Shown here piece after piece: positions 37,883 to 49,759 of a stretch of 64,000 bases of DNA. Position numbers and translations under genes: made by a program. Numbering within the stretch: the first letter of the stretch is position 1; every line of letters begins with the position of its first letter. Origin of the DNA: Octopus sinensis (taxonomy: Eukaryota); the NCBI RefSeq assembly GCF_006345805.1, contig NC_043000.1, forward strand, positions 138,446,001-138,510,000. The letters run 5' to 3'. The notes under the pieces are model-generated. The model saw only the letters and a program-made list of their open reading frames with translations. It made no database searches and was not told where the DNA came from.

Positions 37883-38002
37883 TTTGGTGGATAGCAATGT
37901 GTTTGGCAAAGGTGTAATAAAAAGGAACACGTGGGGTAAGTATTTTGGTGGATAGCAATGTGTTTGGTAAAGGTGTAATAAAAAGGAGCTCGTGGGGTAA
38001 GT
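37881..38002. repeat. 61-bp tandem duplication at the RepHel start
   Basis: ATTTTGGTGGATAGCAATGTGTTTGGYAAAGGTGTAATAAAAAGGARCWCGTGGGGTAAGT twice, 3 mismatches. Confidence 0.95.
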
Positions 38003-39415
38003 ATCCGAAAACGTATAAAAATGTACAAAAACGGCCAAAAAGCTGGCAGCAATGTGAGTGACAACAACGAAAAGTCAAAAGTGATCAAACTGAACAAACG
38101 AAAGGAAAAGTTTTTTGATGCACACGACAAAAGTGGTTTATAATAAACCAAGAGTTTGCAAGTAGCGTCCGAGGACCGTTAGGGTACGTCAAAAATTGAA
38201 GGTAAAACGTTTGGGGTGGTAGTTATAAAGAAAGTTTAAACCAAAAAAGTATTCGAATAACTTGCGGCTGCAGCAGCTATTAGCAGAAGTGGCGGTGTTG
38301 GGGGTAAAGTCTCGAATGTAATTTCTTCTGGTAGGAATTGGTTGGATCGAATTATCGATAGCTAAAAAGGTCAAGTTGCGTCCCCTAGACAGTCTGGTTT
38401 GTGTTTAATACACAAATTTGTTTGCTATGTGTGCCACATATGATTAAATTAACCGATTTTTTCCAATAATGTATCCTATTGGAATAAAAAGAGCTATATA
38501 GCTCCTTGGAGCAGACATGATGCTCGTTGTTAAAAAAAAAAAGATTCCTGCCAATTTGTGAAAGATATTGTCGAAAATATGTCATCTTGAATTTGAACGC
38601 GATTTCCCAAAATGGCATGATTTTATCGATTGTTCTGATGGTAAGGTATTGCATGGAAAACTAACGTCAGAATTGAGTTTCTTAGGGTAACATTAAGCTT
38701 CACCATGAGTTTGGTGAAAATCGATTGCAAGTTGTGAAAACTACCATAGATAATGCGTTGCATAAAAAAAGCTTAGATTCTCGAGTTGCGTCCCCTAGAC
38801 AGTCTGTGGTTCATGTTTATGATTCTCGACCCCATGTCGAATTTATCAATTTTTTTCAGAACTGGGGGAACTTTTCAAAAAATTTCGCTGCGTTAGTTTT
38901 GAATTATGACATTGGGCTATGTGTGTGTCAAGTTTCATCAGAATCGGTTGAAAGCCGTGGTCAGGGTGAGGGTACGAGAAAACAGACACACAGAAGCACG
39001 CACAGACAAACTGCCGTTTATATATAGAGAGATAACAGAGGAATGTGAAAATACATTACAAAGGATATAGCGTAATCAATTCAAAATTTTTTACGAATAT
39101 ATCAGTGGCCAGAACATGCAATCAAAAATTTTTTTCATAAATGAAAAGTGTATAATTGTGAATAAATCACAATTATAACGGAGAGGGTTGCAAAAACCAT
39201 TACATGTCTAGAAATAGCAGTCAAAACTGCTATAAAGCCACTATAACCACTCATGTTATAGCTCTTCACAATAAAAGCTGTCAGCAGGTGACGTGACATG
39301 AGATTCAAAACTTAAATGAAAATAAAACATTAGTCTTCTATTGCAATTTCGAAGTTAGGAACCAACAGGATTCCACCCTTCTCATCAGGAGAACATTCCT
39401 GTAGATACAAATTAA

Positions 39416-39446
<31 letters not shown>

Positions 39447-39604
39447 TTAGTTTAGAAAAGCTTTCATGCAATTTCCATCTACCAAATCCATTCACATGAT
39501 ATTGGTCAGCTGTGGGCTATAGAAGAAGCCATATGTCCAAGGGTTTACACGACAGAACTGAATCCCAAACCTTGTGGATGTGAAGTTAACTCTTGAGAGA
39601 TAAT

Positions 39605-39905
39605 TGTTTGTTCCTTCTCAAGCCATGCCTGGCTCATAGGGCCAGTTTCCCGGTTTCTTTAGTGTATAGGTTCCTCACCTGGATGGGACACTGGTCCATC
39701 GCAGGTGAGCTGCAAGATGCAGGAGGAAAGAGTGAGAGAAACTTATAGTGAAAGAGTCAGCAGAAGTTTGCCATCAACTTCTGCTGGAGCCACATCGAGC
39801 TTAGGTGTTTTCTCTCATAAATGCACACATTGCCTGACCTGAGATTTGAACCACGATCCCTCAACTGCAAGTCCGCTGCTCTAACCCCTAGGCCATGTGC
39901 CTCTA
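39605..39905 (-). mobile_element. family C head SINE with tail Y, diverged
   Basis: Homologous to 29084-29399. Confidence 0.8.
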
Positions 39906-40761
39906 CCTTGGGGGATAGTAAGTGCCAGAAATTGAAAGATTTAGATTCTTATGACAATCATTTTGTGCCCAGATTATTTATCAAACTTACTACTTAAGAA
40001 TGTTTTAATTAAGAGTTCTTATTATATACTTTCATTCCTTGTAATTGACTTTATCAAATCTGTGTTTCAATAACAACCAGTTTAGTAGTTAAATGACATT
40101 CATACTCTTCAAACATTTTCTCTAGTACTTAGCTAAAGATGACACCAAAAAAAATGTTTGAGTTCAGTCATAGTTGCGACTAATGACCAGTATAATTTTT
40201 CAACAATGATCAGATTTACTTGACCAAGCAGTAAAATTCTCATCTTCAGATCTGATTAAATAAATCAGGTTTAACAAAAAAAAAAAAAAAAAAAAAAAAT
40301 TATAATGATAATAATAATAGAATGAGACAGTATGTGAGCATCTATCTAGTAAGATTTGTTATCTGGTAAGATTTGCTGAAGATAAACTGGGATTGAATCA
40401 ATGAGAGAACAATACCTAGTGTAGCAAGATCAAAGTGGCATGCATTGATTATTTTCCATGGTGGTTGATATGGGAAATTCTCTGTTTAAGTCAAATGAAA
40501 TCAATAACCTTCAAGTCACACACACACACATAGACACATATTCATTCCTTTTTGCTTTGGTTTTGATATAAGAGTATTGTAGGTTAGGTGGTATTATAAA
40601 AGATTTATGAGGAGCAGAGAGAAATCCTTACACTGGATGTTTTAGTCTAGTGCATGTTTGTGGTATCCTAAGCTCATAGAAATAAGTATTTGTTACCGTT
40701 TATCTTTTACTTGTTTCAGTCATTATGTTGTAGCCATGCTGGGGCACTACTTTAGTGAGTA

Positions 40762-41391
40762 CGAGATCTGATCAGTAAGTATTCGAACTGTTGCCATAGT
40801 AATGAAGCTAAAGCACACAGAGTAAAGCCATTTGACACAAATTGACCTTGAACACTGCTGTGCATGTGCACTAAGTTTTAAGGTTCTAGCCCACTTCCAC
40901 TGCTTACAGCAGTGCTTGGAAGGAAGGTAGCGTGTGATTGTCGCATTGATCATCACAGAGAAAGTTGAACAGAGAATCTGCATCAAATTTTGCCAAAAGC
41001 TTGGTGATACCTGCTCAAAGGCTTACGCAAATTTTCAAAAAAGTTTTTATCATTCTTAACGCAATCAAGCAGATCTTGGGCAACTGAAACCCAAGTGTCT
41101 TTTTGGTCATCTGAAAACAATTTTGGCATAAACTTGGCAGACATGCATCTCATACACAAATCTTCAGGGATAATGGACTGAACTGAACCATAACCAATCT
41201 GCACATACTCTGATAACTCATGGATGGTGATTCAACGATTTCCCTTCACATATGCAATATTTTTCTCAGTTCTGCTGGTTTCAGGTCTCCCAGAATGTTC
41301 GTCACTATCAACATTTTTTCAGCCATCTTGGAAACGTCTGAACCACTCGTACACTTGTGTGTGGCTCATAACTCTGCTCCATACTCTTTGC
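40762..41391. mobile_element. mariner-like remnant with internal inversion
   Basis: Plus strand TIR-like start and EQRICIKFCQKLGDTCSKAYANFQK to 41040; continuation SHTQVYEWFRRFQDG..HSGRP..SAKFMPKL on minus strand 41391-41041. Confidence 0.85.
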
Positions 41392-41505
41392 ATAGGCTTG
41401 TTAGTAAGTAAACTAGACCTAGGTAGAATTTGAACTCAAACTATAGAGTGATGCAAGATGCCAAACACACGTATGATCCTTTGTGACTGAATAAAATGTC
41501 ATTAA

Positions 41506-41723
41506 CCCTTTTACAGCAGAAACCACTCAAAATTTCATTACCCTTTACTGTGGAAAGGAGTTTTATATACCAATCTATCTTTTATTGAGTAATGTCACGT
41601 TTCATTAAGCTATATCAAGTTTAATGAGACAACGTGATTTGCAGAAATCCCAACACTATTTTTTGGATGATATTTAATATCACAAGTGGAATAACCATGG
41701 AATTTGATTTTACACATAAAGGG
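41506..41723. mobile_element. piggyBac-like MITE
   Basis: TTAA|CCCTTT ... AAAGGG|TTAA. Confidence 0.7.
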
Positions 41724-42689
41724 TTAAAAATATAATAAAATACAATTTTCTTAGAATTATTTGCATTTAAAACAACATTTACACTTTAGTTTAGCTCAAG
41801 ATTTTCGTACGTTAATATCCACTCGAACTCCCTTGATGTTTCAATTTATTCCATTTTAATAGGCTCTTCTTGTTTATCTTATTATCAATCTAGACATCCT
41901 TAACAAGTCAATTATCTCTAATAATGTCAGTTAACATCCTTTAATTTAACATTATTAACTTTAGTATCTTGCAGGAATGTGAGAGAAATAGTAGAACACC
42001 AAGAGAGTTCCAGAAAGCATTTAATTTCTTCCTTGTTTGTTCTGCATGCAGATACTCTAAGTCATTTCAAATGACAATACACCAGCCTAACAAAGATTAG
42101 ATTTGTACCTTCTCAAAAGAGGTTTCAGATGGTCATATGAATAGGGCAGTTGCAACCAACTGAGAGACAGATACAAAATGATTCTTGATGAATTAGAAAT
42201 TTTCTTCAATTAAGAGACAAATTGCAATTCATTTAGATTCTGTGTGTGTGTGATGCACTACATCATCCCCAACAATACCATCATTATTTAAAATCAAGTC
42301 CACTTGAGATAATTGCCTTAGCTTACTGTTTGTAACCAGCTGAGAGGATGCTGGATCATATCGTTCTTAGAATTATATCAATGTCAGACACTCAAGCAGT
42401 CAGCTGATTCAAACCAACTACCTGTAGATAGGTACTACTGAGTTAAGAATACTTTACTACACCGAGTAAAGGTAGCACAGTTGATTTAACAAGGGATTCA
42501 TCAACTTCTAGCTAATAAGAGCAAAAATTGATTTCTCTATTGGGGAAGTTATCAGCAGTAGAACAGAGTCCTTTCCAGGAGAGATTTATCTCACATCTGC
42601 TTAATGTGAGGCAAAACACCAGATCATATGGATCACTAGAATTCAGGAAAGGGTTAAGAGGATTGTTGAAGATATTGGTTCCAAATTTT

Positions 42690-42890
42690 GGCAACATTCA
42701 GCAAATTCAGGGGTAAGAATAAGTCAATTGCATCAATCCGATGGATCAATTGATACTTATTTTATCAACCCTGAAAGGATAAAAGGCAAAGTCGACCTTG
42801 GCAGAATTGGAACCCAGAACATAAAGACAGACAAAGTGCTGCTAAGTGTGCTGCCTGGTGTGCAAACGATTCTGCCAGCTTGTTGCTTTA
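42690..42890 (-). mobile_element. family D SINE, diverged
   Basis: TTATCAACCCTGAAAGGATAAAAGGCAAAGTCGACCTTGGCAGAATT is the reverse complement of the family D core. Confidence 0.75.
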
Positions 42891-44089
42891 GGATTGTTGA
42901 AGATGTTATTATCAATTATGCATTTATTCTTACCTAGGTCTTAATGAGATCAATGTCTCTTACATATAAAAAAGTAGCTATGCTTAATATTATTGAAATT
43001 TGTTTCAAGCAAGAATATATTCTTAAGAGTTAGCATTCTGTAATGTACCATTGTATACAGCTTATTTGTTTTGTTGTATTTAAACTACGTTGCTGCCAGT
43101 AATATTCTTTTACTGTATATTGTATTCAAGTGTCATCTTTGTGAAGATAAATAATAAATGCATATATGAAGAATGAATTCTAGAACAGAAGAAAGAAGAG
43201 GATAAATGAAGAACACACAAAGAAAAGTGGTAAGAAACAGGTGTACATAGGAGTCATTGACTTTGATAACACATGCCAGCATAGACAATGGATGTTAAAT
43301 GATGGTGATGATTATAATTTTAGTCTGACTGGTTCAAGGTAAGATGCCTATTTTCTGTTTTCATGTAAATATTCTATATCTCTCTAAAGTTCGCCTTTAA
43401 CCGTTCTTGGTGGAAATGTTACTTGTGTTCTCACACTATATGGTAAATTTTCTTTCTACTAATATTGTTTCTAACTAAAGCAAACGGCCAGAAATTATCA
43501 GAAAGAGGGATTAGTTAATTATATTGAACCCAGTACAAGACTGGTACTTATATTAATGAAAAAGATAAAGGTAAAAATGACCTTTGCTGGATTTCATCTC
43601 AAACTAAAAACTACAAATAATGCAAAATATTTTATCTGGTGCTCAAACAATTCTTTCAGTAATAATAATCCTTTCCTATTTTGGTATACGGCCAGCAATT
43701 CTGAGGGGTGAGAAAGTTGATCATATTGAGCATTCTGTAAAGACATTGGAATGCAGTCTGGGGTAAATAACTGCATAGTACTAATTATGAAGATAGGCTA
43801 GAGAGTAAACTCTGATAGCATAAAATTGCTATGAGACATCATTGCAGCCCTGTGGAATAATTTCAGGTACAAATATCTAGGAGCACTGCAAGATGATAGA
43901 ATAACAGAAGGAGAAATGAGAAAGTCAGCAGGGTTGATAAAGTAAGTACCAGCTGAACACTAGGGTTGATTATGTTGACTTACCCGCCCTTGAAAATGCT
44001 GGCATTGAACCAAAAATTGAAACCTTTATAATGACTATCATAATAACTATTGTTGTTTTTGTTATTATTACACTAGTGCCTGCTAATTC

Positions 44090-44600
44090 ATTTACCAGGT
44101 ATTTTATCATGGTATTTGGTGACAAGTCTCCTCAAACCTCAAGAGTCTTTTGTAAGATTCTTGCAGAACACATGGTAGTACTTTTCTGCAGGTTGACAAT
44201 ACAAGTTTCAATTCCATTCTCTTTCAGTCTTTCAGGTAGCATTTTGCATGTTGTGCCAAGTGCACCAATTACTATCCTTAAATCCTTAAAAATGTTTTAG
44301 TCTGAAGGCCGTGGCCATGCTGGGGCACTGATCTTTCACAGTCTCCTCATCTCTCTTGCTACATCTTGATATTTCTCATCCCCCCCCCCATTTCTTTGAT
44401 ACTGACTCTATTGTAAAGAAAGACTTGCAAAATCTCTGATCTTATACTCCTTCTTTATTTTGTTCTCTATAATCATATCTGGTCCTCTTGCTTCAGTCTT
44501 TATTAGGAAATCCTACAAGATCTTGTAACTCTCATTTTCAATCACAGTTATTGGTTTGTGTTCATAACCCACACGCTTGGCTAACATCTCAATTCACTCT
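44090..44600 (-). pseudogene. R4/Dong-like non-LTR retrotransposon 3' remnant (restriction-like endonuclease region)
   Basis: YEHKPITVIENESYKIL*DF..ARGPDMII..DFA and VIGALG..NLQKSTTMCSARILQKTLEV*; interrupted by a short tail insertion at about 44274-44330. Confidence 0.75.
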
Positions 44601-45188
44601 TTTGCCTACACTCCTTTTGTACTAGTATACTGTATTCACTGTTGTGACTGATACTTTTGTCAAACGTGACTGATACTTTCGTCTTCTTTCCCACAGATTT
44701 TTCATTTGCTTTTTGTCTGAGTTTTGTTGATCATTGTCATTATCAGATATGTTCACAGGACTTGTTCCCGAGGGGCTATAATTAGTGTCTCTTAACTTTC
44801 ACTTGTTCTAGAGTACTGGACGTGTCTCAGCATGTGACTGCAACAAATTCACAGATTAAATGTAACTAACAGTGGTAATGATAATAATGATAATGATAAT
44901 GATGATGATGATGATGATGATGACGATGATGACAATGATGATGATGATGAAGGTAAAAATATAAATAATTCTTTCTAGAAGACCTTAAATTTAATGTGAG
45001 AGAATTCTTCTGCTACTACTTACTTTATCAACTCCAAAATGATGAGAAGCAAGTTAATCTTGGGAGAATTTGAACTCAGAATGTAAAGCCAGGAGAAATA
45101 TCTGCCGAGAATTTTGACATTATGCAATATATAGAAGGAGGTATGATGAAATTTAAAGGAACACACACATATACATACATATATATAT

Positions 45189-45265
<77 letters not shown>

Positions 45266-45271
45266 ATATAT

Positions 45272-45309
<38 letters not shown>

Positions 45310-45329
45310 CCGTAATGGACCGTTAGCTC

Positions 45330-45516
45330 CTACATGCATTTTTTTTCTCTCTTTGTTTCTCTCCTTGTTTCTTTTCTGTGTATCTTTCTGTTGAAGAGCG
45401 TAGGCTCGAAACGTAAAAGAATTGTTCTATTTCTATTCCTGAGCGCCATACTAATACATTTGTTTGTTTGTACTTCACCTGCCTTTGTCTTTTGTTTATT
45501 TTCGTAAACCTTCCCG

Positions 45517-45520
<4 letters not shown>
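45330..45520 (+). mobile_element. Penelope-like pLTR fragment
   Basis: Homologous to 28090-28250; embedded between (TA)n tracts. Confidence 0.6.
45383..45420 (+). ncRNA. minimal type I hammerhead-like motif with atypical core
   Basis: TCTTT-CTGTTGA-A-GAGC-GTAG-GCTC-GAA-ACGT-A-AAAGA: stem I TCTTT/AAAGA, stem II GAGC/GCTC, palindromic stem III ACGT, GUA triplet. Confidence 0.55.
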
Positions 45521-45559
<39 letters not shown>

Positions 45560-45565
45560 CACATG

Positions 45566-45596
<31 letters not shown>

Positions 45597-46314
45597 GCAT
45601 ATATATGTACACACACATATACATATGTATACATACTTGCACAAGTTCACACGGAAATACATGAAAAAGGCACATTATAACACCCAGAAGAAATAAAACA
45701 AAAGATTATAAGTTAGTTTGAGTGAGGGTAATCTATGATGCAGTTTTACAAATAATTTCTAAAATTGTGTGCTTTTGTAACTGAAGGCACCAGTAAACAT
45801 TTTCCGAGACATTTGGTATTGAAAAGATTATCTTGTGGATAAGCCCTTTTGGGTTTGTATTTTCAATTTCACTAATTATCTATTATTTGCATGTTGGTTA
45901 TTAGTGTACCTAACTGCTTTATAACTTCTTAGATAGTCTGTGGCGCCACAGTTGCTAATTTTATTTTCTGATTGTTTGTTTGATTTTCAAAGAATAATAA
46001 ATCATGTTCATATTTGTTCTTTTGTTTTCTTTGTTGTTTTCCTATGAGAGTTCCATTTTCATCTGGAAATAATTGTTTCTTCTCATCTGGTTTCATTGTT
46101 TTATGCTGATCCCTTTCTCTTTGATTTATTCTCTCTTTATTCCTTTCATATTTTCAATGAACATTTGTAAATTTGCAACTGTAATTATAACAATATGTAA
46201 CATGACTTTTGTCCTTGAGTAGCGACTGTTATTTTCTATTTGCTAATCCCTAGAAAGTATGAAAAATAGTAAATATTGCCTTCAAAATTTGCATTCGTTA
46301 CATTTATTCAAACT

Positions 46315-46470
46315 GCAAAAGAATACATCTCAACACATGGCTCTGATGCTCCCCCACTAATTCTGCTCATGATCAGAGATGCACATATTGTCTGCTACTA
46401 AGGGACATGCTCAACTGGTTAAGGTCAAACAACAGATAATCAAATCTGTGGTATTGAGCATATTTGCTAT
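46315..46470 (+). repeat. dispersed repeat, unclassified
   Basis: Reverse-complement copy at about 58600-58735 (GATGCACATAT..CTAAGGGACATGCTCAACTGGTTA). Confidence 0.7.
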
Positions 46471-47250
46471 AACGATATTTCTGCTTCAGCAACTCACAGC
46501 TCGATCTGTTTGAAGTGTAATGGAAAATAGGTCAGTTTCAAAACGTTGATATCCAGGTCACAAAAGCAAAGTTTGAAGGGAATAGTAGTCATTTCTTTTG
46601 ATTTCTAGATAAATGCAAATAGGAAATAACATTGACTAATGACAAAACAAAAAAAAATTTGTTACACAATGCTTTTACTTCTGCATCGAATATTGAAATT
46701 GCAGTACTACAGTTTCATACTGTTATCTAATTCTAGATCTATTTATAGTACTGCTCATGCAGATATTTCACTAGTCCTCCCTAGACTTTTGGCCCATGAC
46801 TCTCTGAAAATTGGGGGTTTGCTGTTGCTGTTGATCCCTGTTGTTCCTATTTTCATGTTTTATTTTTATTTCATTTCCTTCATTTATTTACTCATTTATT
46901 AGTTATTAATTATTTATTCTGTAGATTCAGCTCTAAGGTGAGTTTTACTCCAAACAAAAGTAGCAGCTAGGCTTTCAACTATGTATCATAGTATGGGGAG
47001 TAGTCATGGATCTTCATTATTCCCAGTGTTTCTCTTTGTAACTCCATGTACAGAGATACAGTTATATAGTCATTGGTATGTCTGACAATTTCTAACAGTC
47101 TTTTTCTTGAGTCTTTAGTTTGAAATATGCGGCAGATACTGCTATAGCTGTTGACCTCAGCAGAATTGAACATAAAGCATAGAAAAGAAAAAGAAATAAT
47201 TTATTCATTCTGATTCTGCCAGATCACAGACATTAAAAAGATTAGGGATA

Positions 47251-48751
47251 TGTTATGGAGATAATAATGATAATAGTACACTACTCCCACATGATGAGTG
47301 GTATGTGCTAGTTGTTGCAAATACTGTGAGGTTGAGAAGTTGGGGTAGTCTGTCATAGATAGTCGTGTCTTACTTGTCTAATTAATTATACTGCTATACT
47401 GGAGTGGACGTTATAAATCTGACATGGATTACAACAGTGATGATGAGGAATTAACAAACTCACAAGAATTAAGCAAACCCACAGGGATTAAGCAAACTCA
47501 CAAGGCATTATGAAACTCACGAAAGATATTGGGCAAATTTTACGGTATACAAAAGCGTAAAATTACGGAAGATTTGTTGACCATTTTGCTTGAACTGCAG
47601 AAACAGCAACAACAACAACAATAATTATTATTACAACAACAAATGCTGCAATTAATGCAAAGTAAGTCATCTCAAAACTCTGAAAATATGTTCTCACCAG
47701 ATTATGTTGCCAGCTCAATAATGGGATTTAAGTATGAACCAGACAAAGGAGTTACCTTTGGGGTGTATTATAGAAGATACAAAGAGATCTTCAATAAAGA
47801 GTGCAAGACTAGGATGTCGATATGAAAACGCGTCTAATCTTAAGAAACCTGCTGACAAACTTTAGGAAAACAATAGACATCATCATCATCATCATCATCA
47901 TCATCGTTTAACGTCCGCTTTTCATGCTAGCATGGGTTGGACGGTTCAACTGGGGTCTGAGAAGCCCGAAGGCTGCACCAGGCCAGTCAGATCTGGCAGT
48001 GTTTCTACAGCTGGATGCTCTTCCTAATGCCAACCACTCCGAGAGTGTAGTGGGTGATTTTATGTGCCACCGACATAGGTGCCAGACAAGGCTGGCGAAC
48101 GGCCACGCTCAGATGGTGTTTTTTATGTGCCACCGACACAGGTGCCAGACGAGGCTGGCGAACGGCCATGCTCGGCGGATGGTGTTTTTTATGTGCCACC
48201 AACACAGGTGCCAGATGAGGCTGGCGAACGGCCACGCTCGGATGGTGTTTTTTATGTGCCACCGACACAGGTGCCAGACAAGGCTGGTGAACGGCCACGC
48301 TCGGATGGACATATTGTTTAAAATTTTTAGTGCCTAAAGCTCATTGTTCAATACGCTGGAAATGTTTGAACTTAGAAAAGAACCACAAGGGGGACTACAT
48401 CACATATGTTGGCATATGAATCAGCTAAGAAAAAGATTCGTTGAGAGTGAACCCAAGAGAATAGAAGAATCAATGGAATGTTTATATGATACTTTTCAAG
48501 TACCAATGCCACTACAAATAATAGAACCCAGACACACAAGAGAAAGAAAAAGAAAATGTATGGAGTTCCTGGAGTGGATGCCAAATGCAAAAAATATTAA
48601 ATTTGTAACTGTATGAAAAAAAAATAAAAAAAGGGTGGTGGGTGATGTAAAAATCATTGCTAATAAAAAGAAATATAATTTCACTCACTGAGAAAAAAAA
48701 AACCTTAAAAGGGGAGTTGTTATATGGATAGTAATAATAATAATAATAATA

Positions 48752-48789
<38 letters not shown>

Positions 48790-49180
48790 TAATAATAATA
48801 ATAACACAACTATCGCTGTGAAAATAACATCCATCCATGAAATTATTTATTTATTAATTTTTAAATACATATTTTATCTGTGAATTTGCGCGTGTAATCT
48901 GGGAATGCATACAATGCCCTTCTCTGCCCTAGCTGTATGGAAAACACTCGGCGAGAAACGGAAGAAAATTTGAAGAAAGAAGGAAAAAACATAGTAATAA
49001 TGATAATAATAATGATAATGAGACACCCCTCCCACTTGATGAATGGTATGTGGTAGTCGTTACAAATACTGTGAGGTTGAGAAGTCTGGGTAGTCGTTCA
49101 TTGATAATCATGTCTTACTTGTCTAACTATGCTGCTATACCTGGGTGGACATTATAACAGTCCAGCATTGGATTACAAAG
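47251..49180 (+). mobile_element. internally deleted Ty3/Gypsy LTR retrotransposon
   Basis: 5' LTR 47251-47436 (TG..CA), 3' LTR 48718-49180, TSD GGATA; PBS-like GTGATGATGAGG (decayed TGGCGACGAGG); PPT AAAAGGGGAG; gag-like FKYEPDKGVTFGVYYRRYKEIF; integrase C-terminal-like WHMNQLRKR. Confidence 0.88.
47878..48307 (-). mobile_element. family B copy with 4 near-identical ~62-bp units, nested in the Gypsy gag
   Basis: Four ATGTGCCACCGACACAGGTGCCAGACRAGGCTGGCGAACGGCCACGCTCGGATGG units; GACAT on both sides. Confidence 0.9.
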
Positions 49181-49560
49181 GGATATAGTATTAATAAAGC
49201 AGTAGCTGGTAACATATTTCCTTTTCAGAGCAGCTGCACACACAACTCAAATACATGCCAATAACAGCACACCAATAACAAGGCAATGAGAAATGCATTC
49301 TGTTGTCACATTACTAGCTACTAATAACAGCTAAATTTTACTCAAAACATGCATCTTAGTAAATACCATCTTAGTAAAAGGAAACATAGATAATGTAGTC
49401 CTAGATACACTATGCCTTCTTTCGGACTTGTAATGCTGGTGGTATCCTTAATGTGGTAAGGTTAACCCAGATCAAGAAGAAGCCTTCTAGTGTTGATTAT
49501 CCTGTCTTAATCTATATTATATTTATGATAAGTTTATGTTTATTACAAGTCTATAGGTGC

Positions 49561-49723
49561 AGGTAAGTAGCTTGCTTACCAACCACATGGTTCCGGGTTC
49601 AGTCCGACTGCATGGCACCTTGAGCAAGCGTCTTGTACTATAGCCGCAGGCCGACCAAAACCTTGTGAGTGGATTTGGTAGAAGGAAACTGAAAGAAGCC
49701 CGTCGTATATATATGTATATATA

Positions 49724-49759
<36 letters not shown>

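Larger units (their letters stand above)
32903..39032 (-). mobile_element. full-length autonomous-type Helitron (6130 bp)
   Basis: 5' A|TCTCTCTATATATAAAC at 39032; 3' hairpin CCCGGGCAACGCCGGG (32915-32930) then CTATGCTG-CTAG|T at 32903; no TSD; encodes RepHel. Confidence 0.97.

Noticed and set aside
33982-37894. Plus-strand ORFs inside the Helitron
   Set aside because: Antisense shadows of GC-rich RepHel coding sequence; no motifs and no sign of a captured gene.
38925-38950. CTGATGAAAC on the minus strand near the Helitron 5' end as a hammerhead
   Set aside because: No stem II between CTGATGA and GAAA; part of a CCGATT..GAAA motif common in Helitron 5' regions.
32903-39032. Helentron/Helitron2 classification
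   Set aside because: Termini are canonical TC...CTAG with A|T target; no sub-terminal inverted repeats or endonuclease domain seen.
48060-48307. Regularly spaced repeats resembling a CRISPR array (also 19299-19665)
   Set aside because: Head-to-tail tandem units without unique spacers, no cas genes, eukaryotic context.
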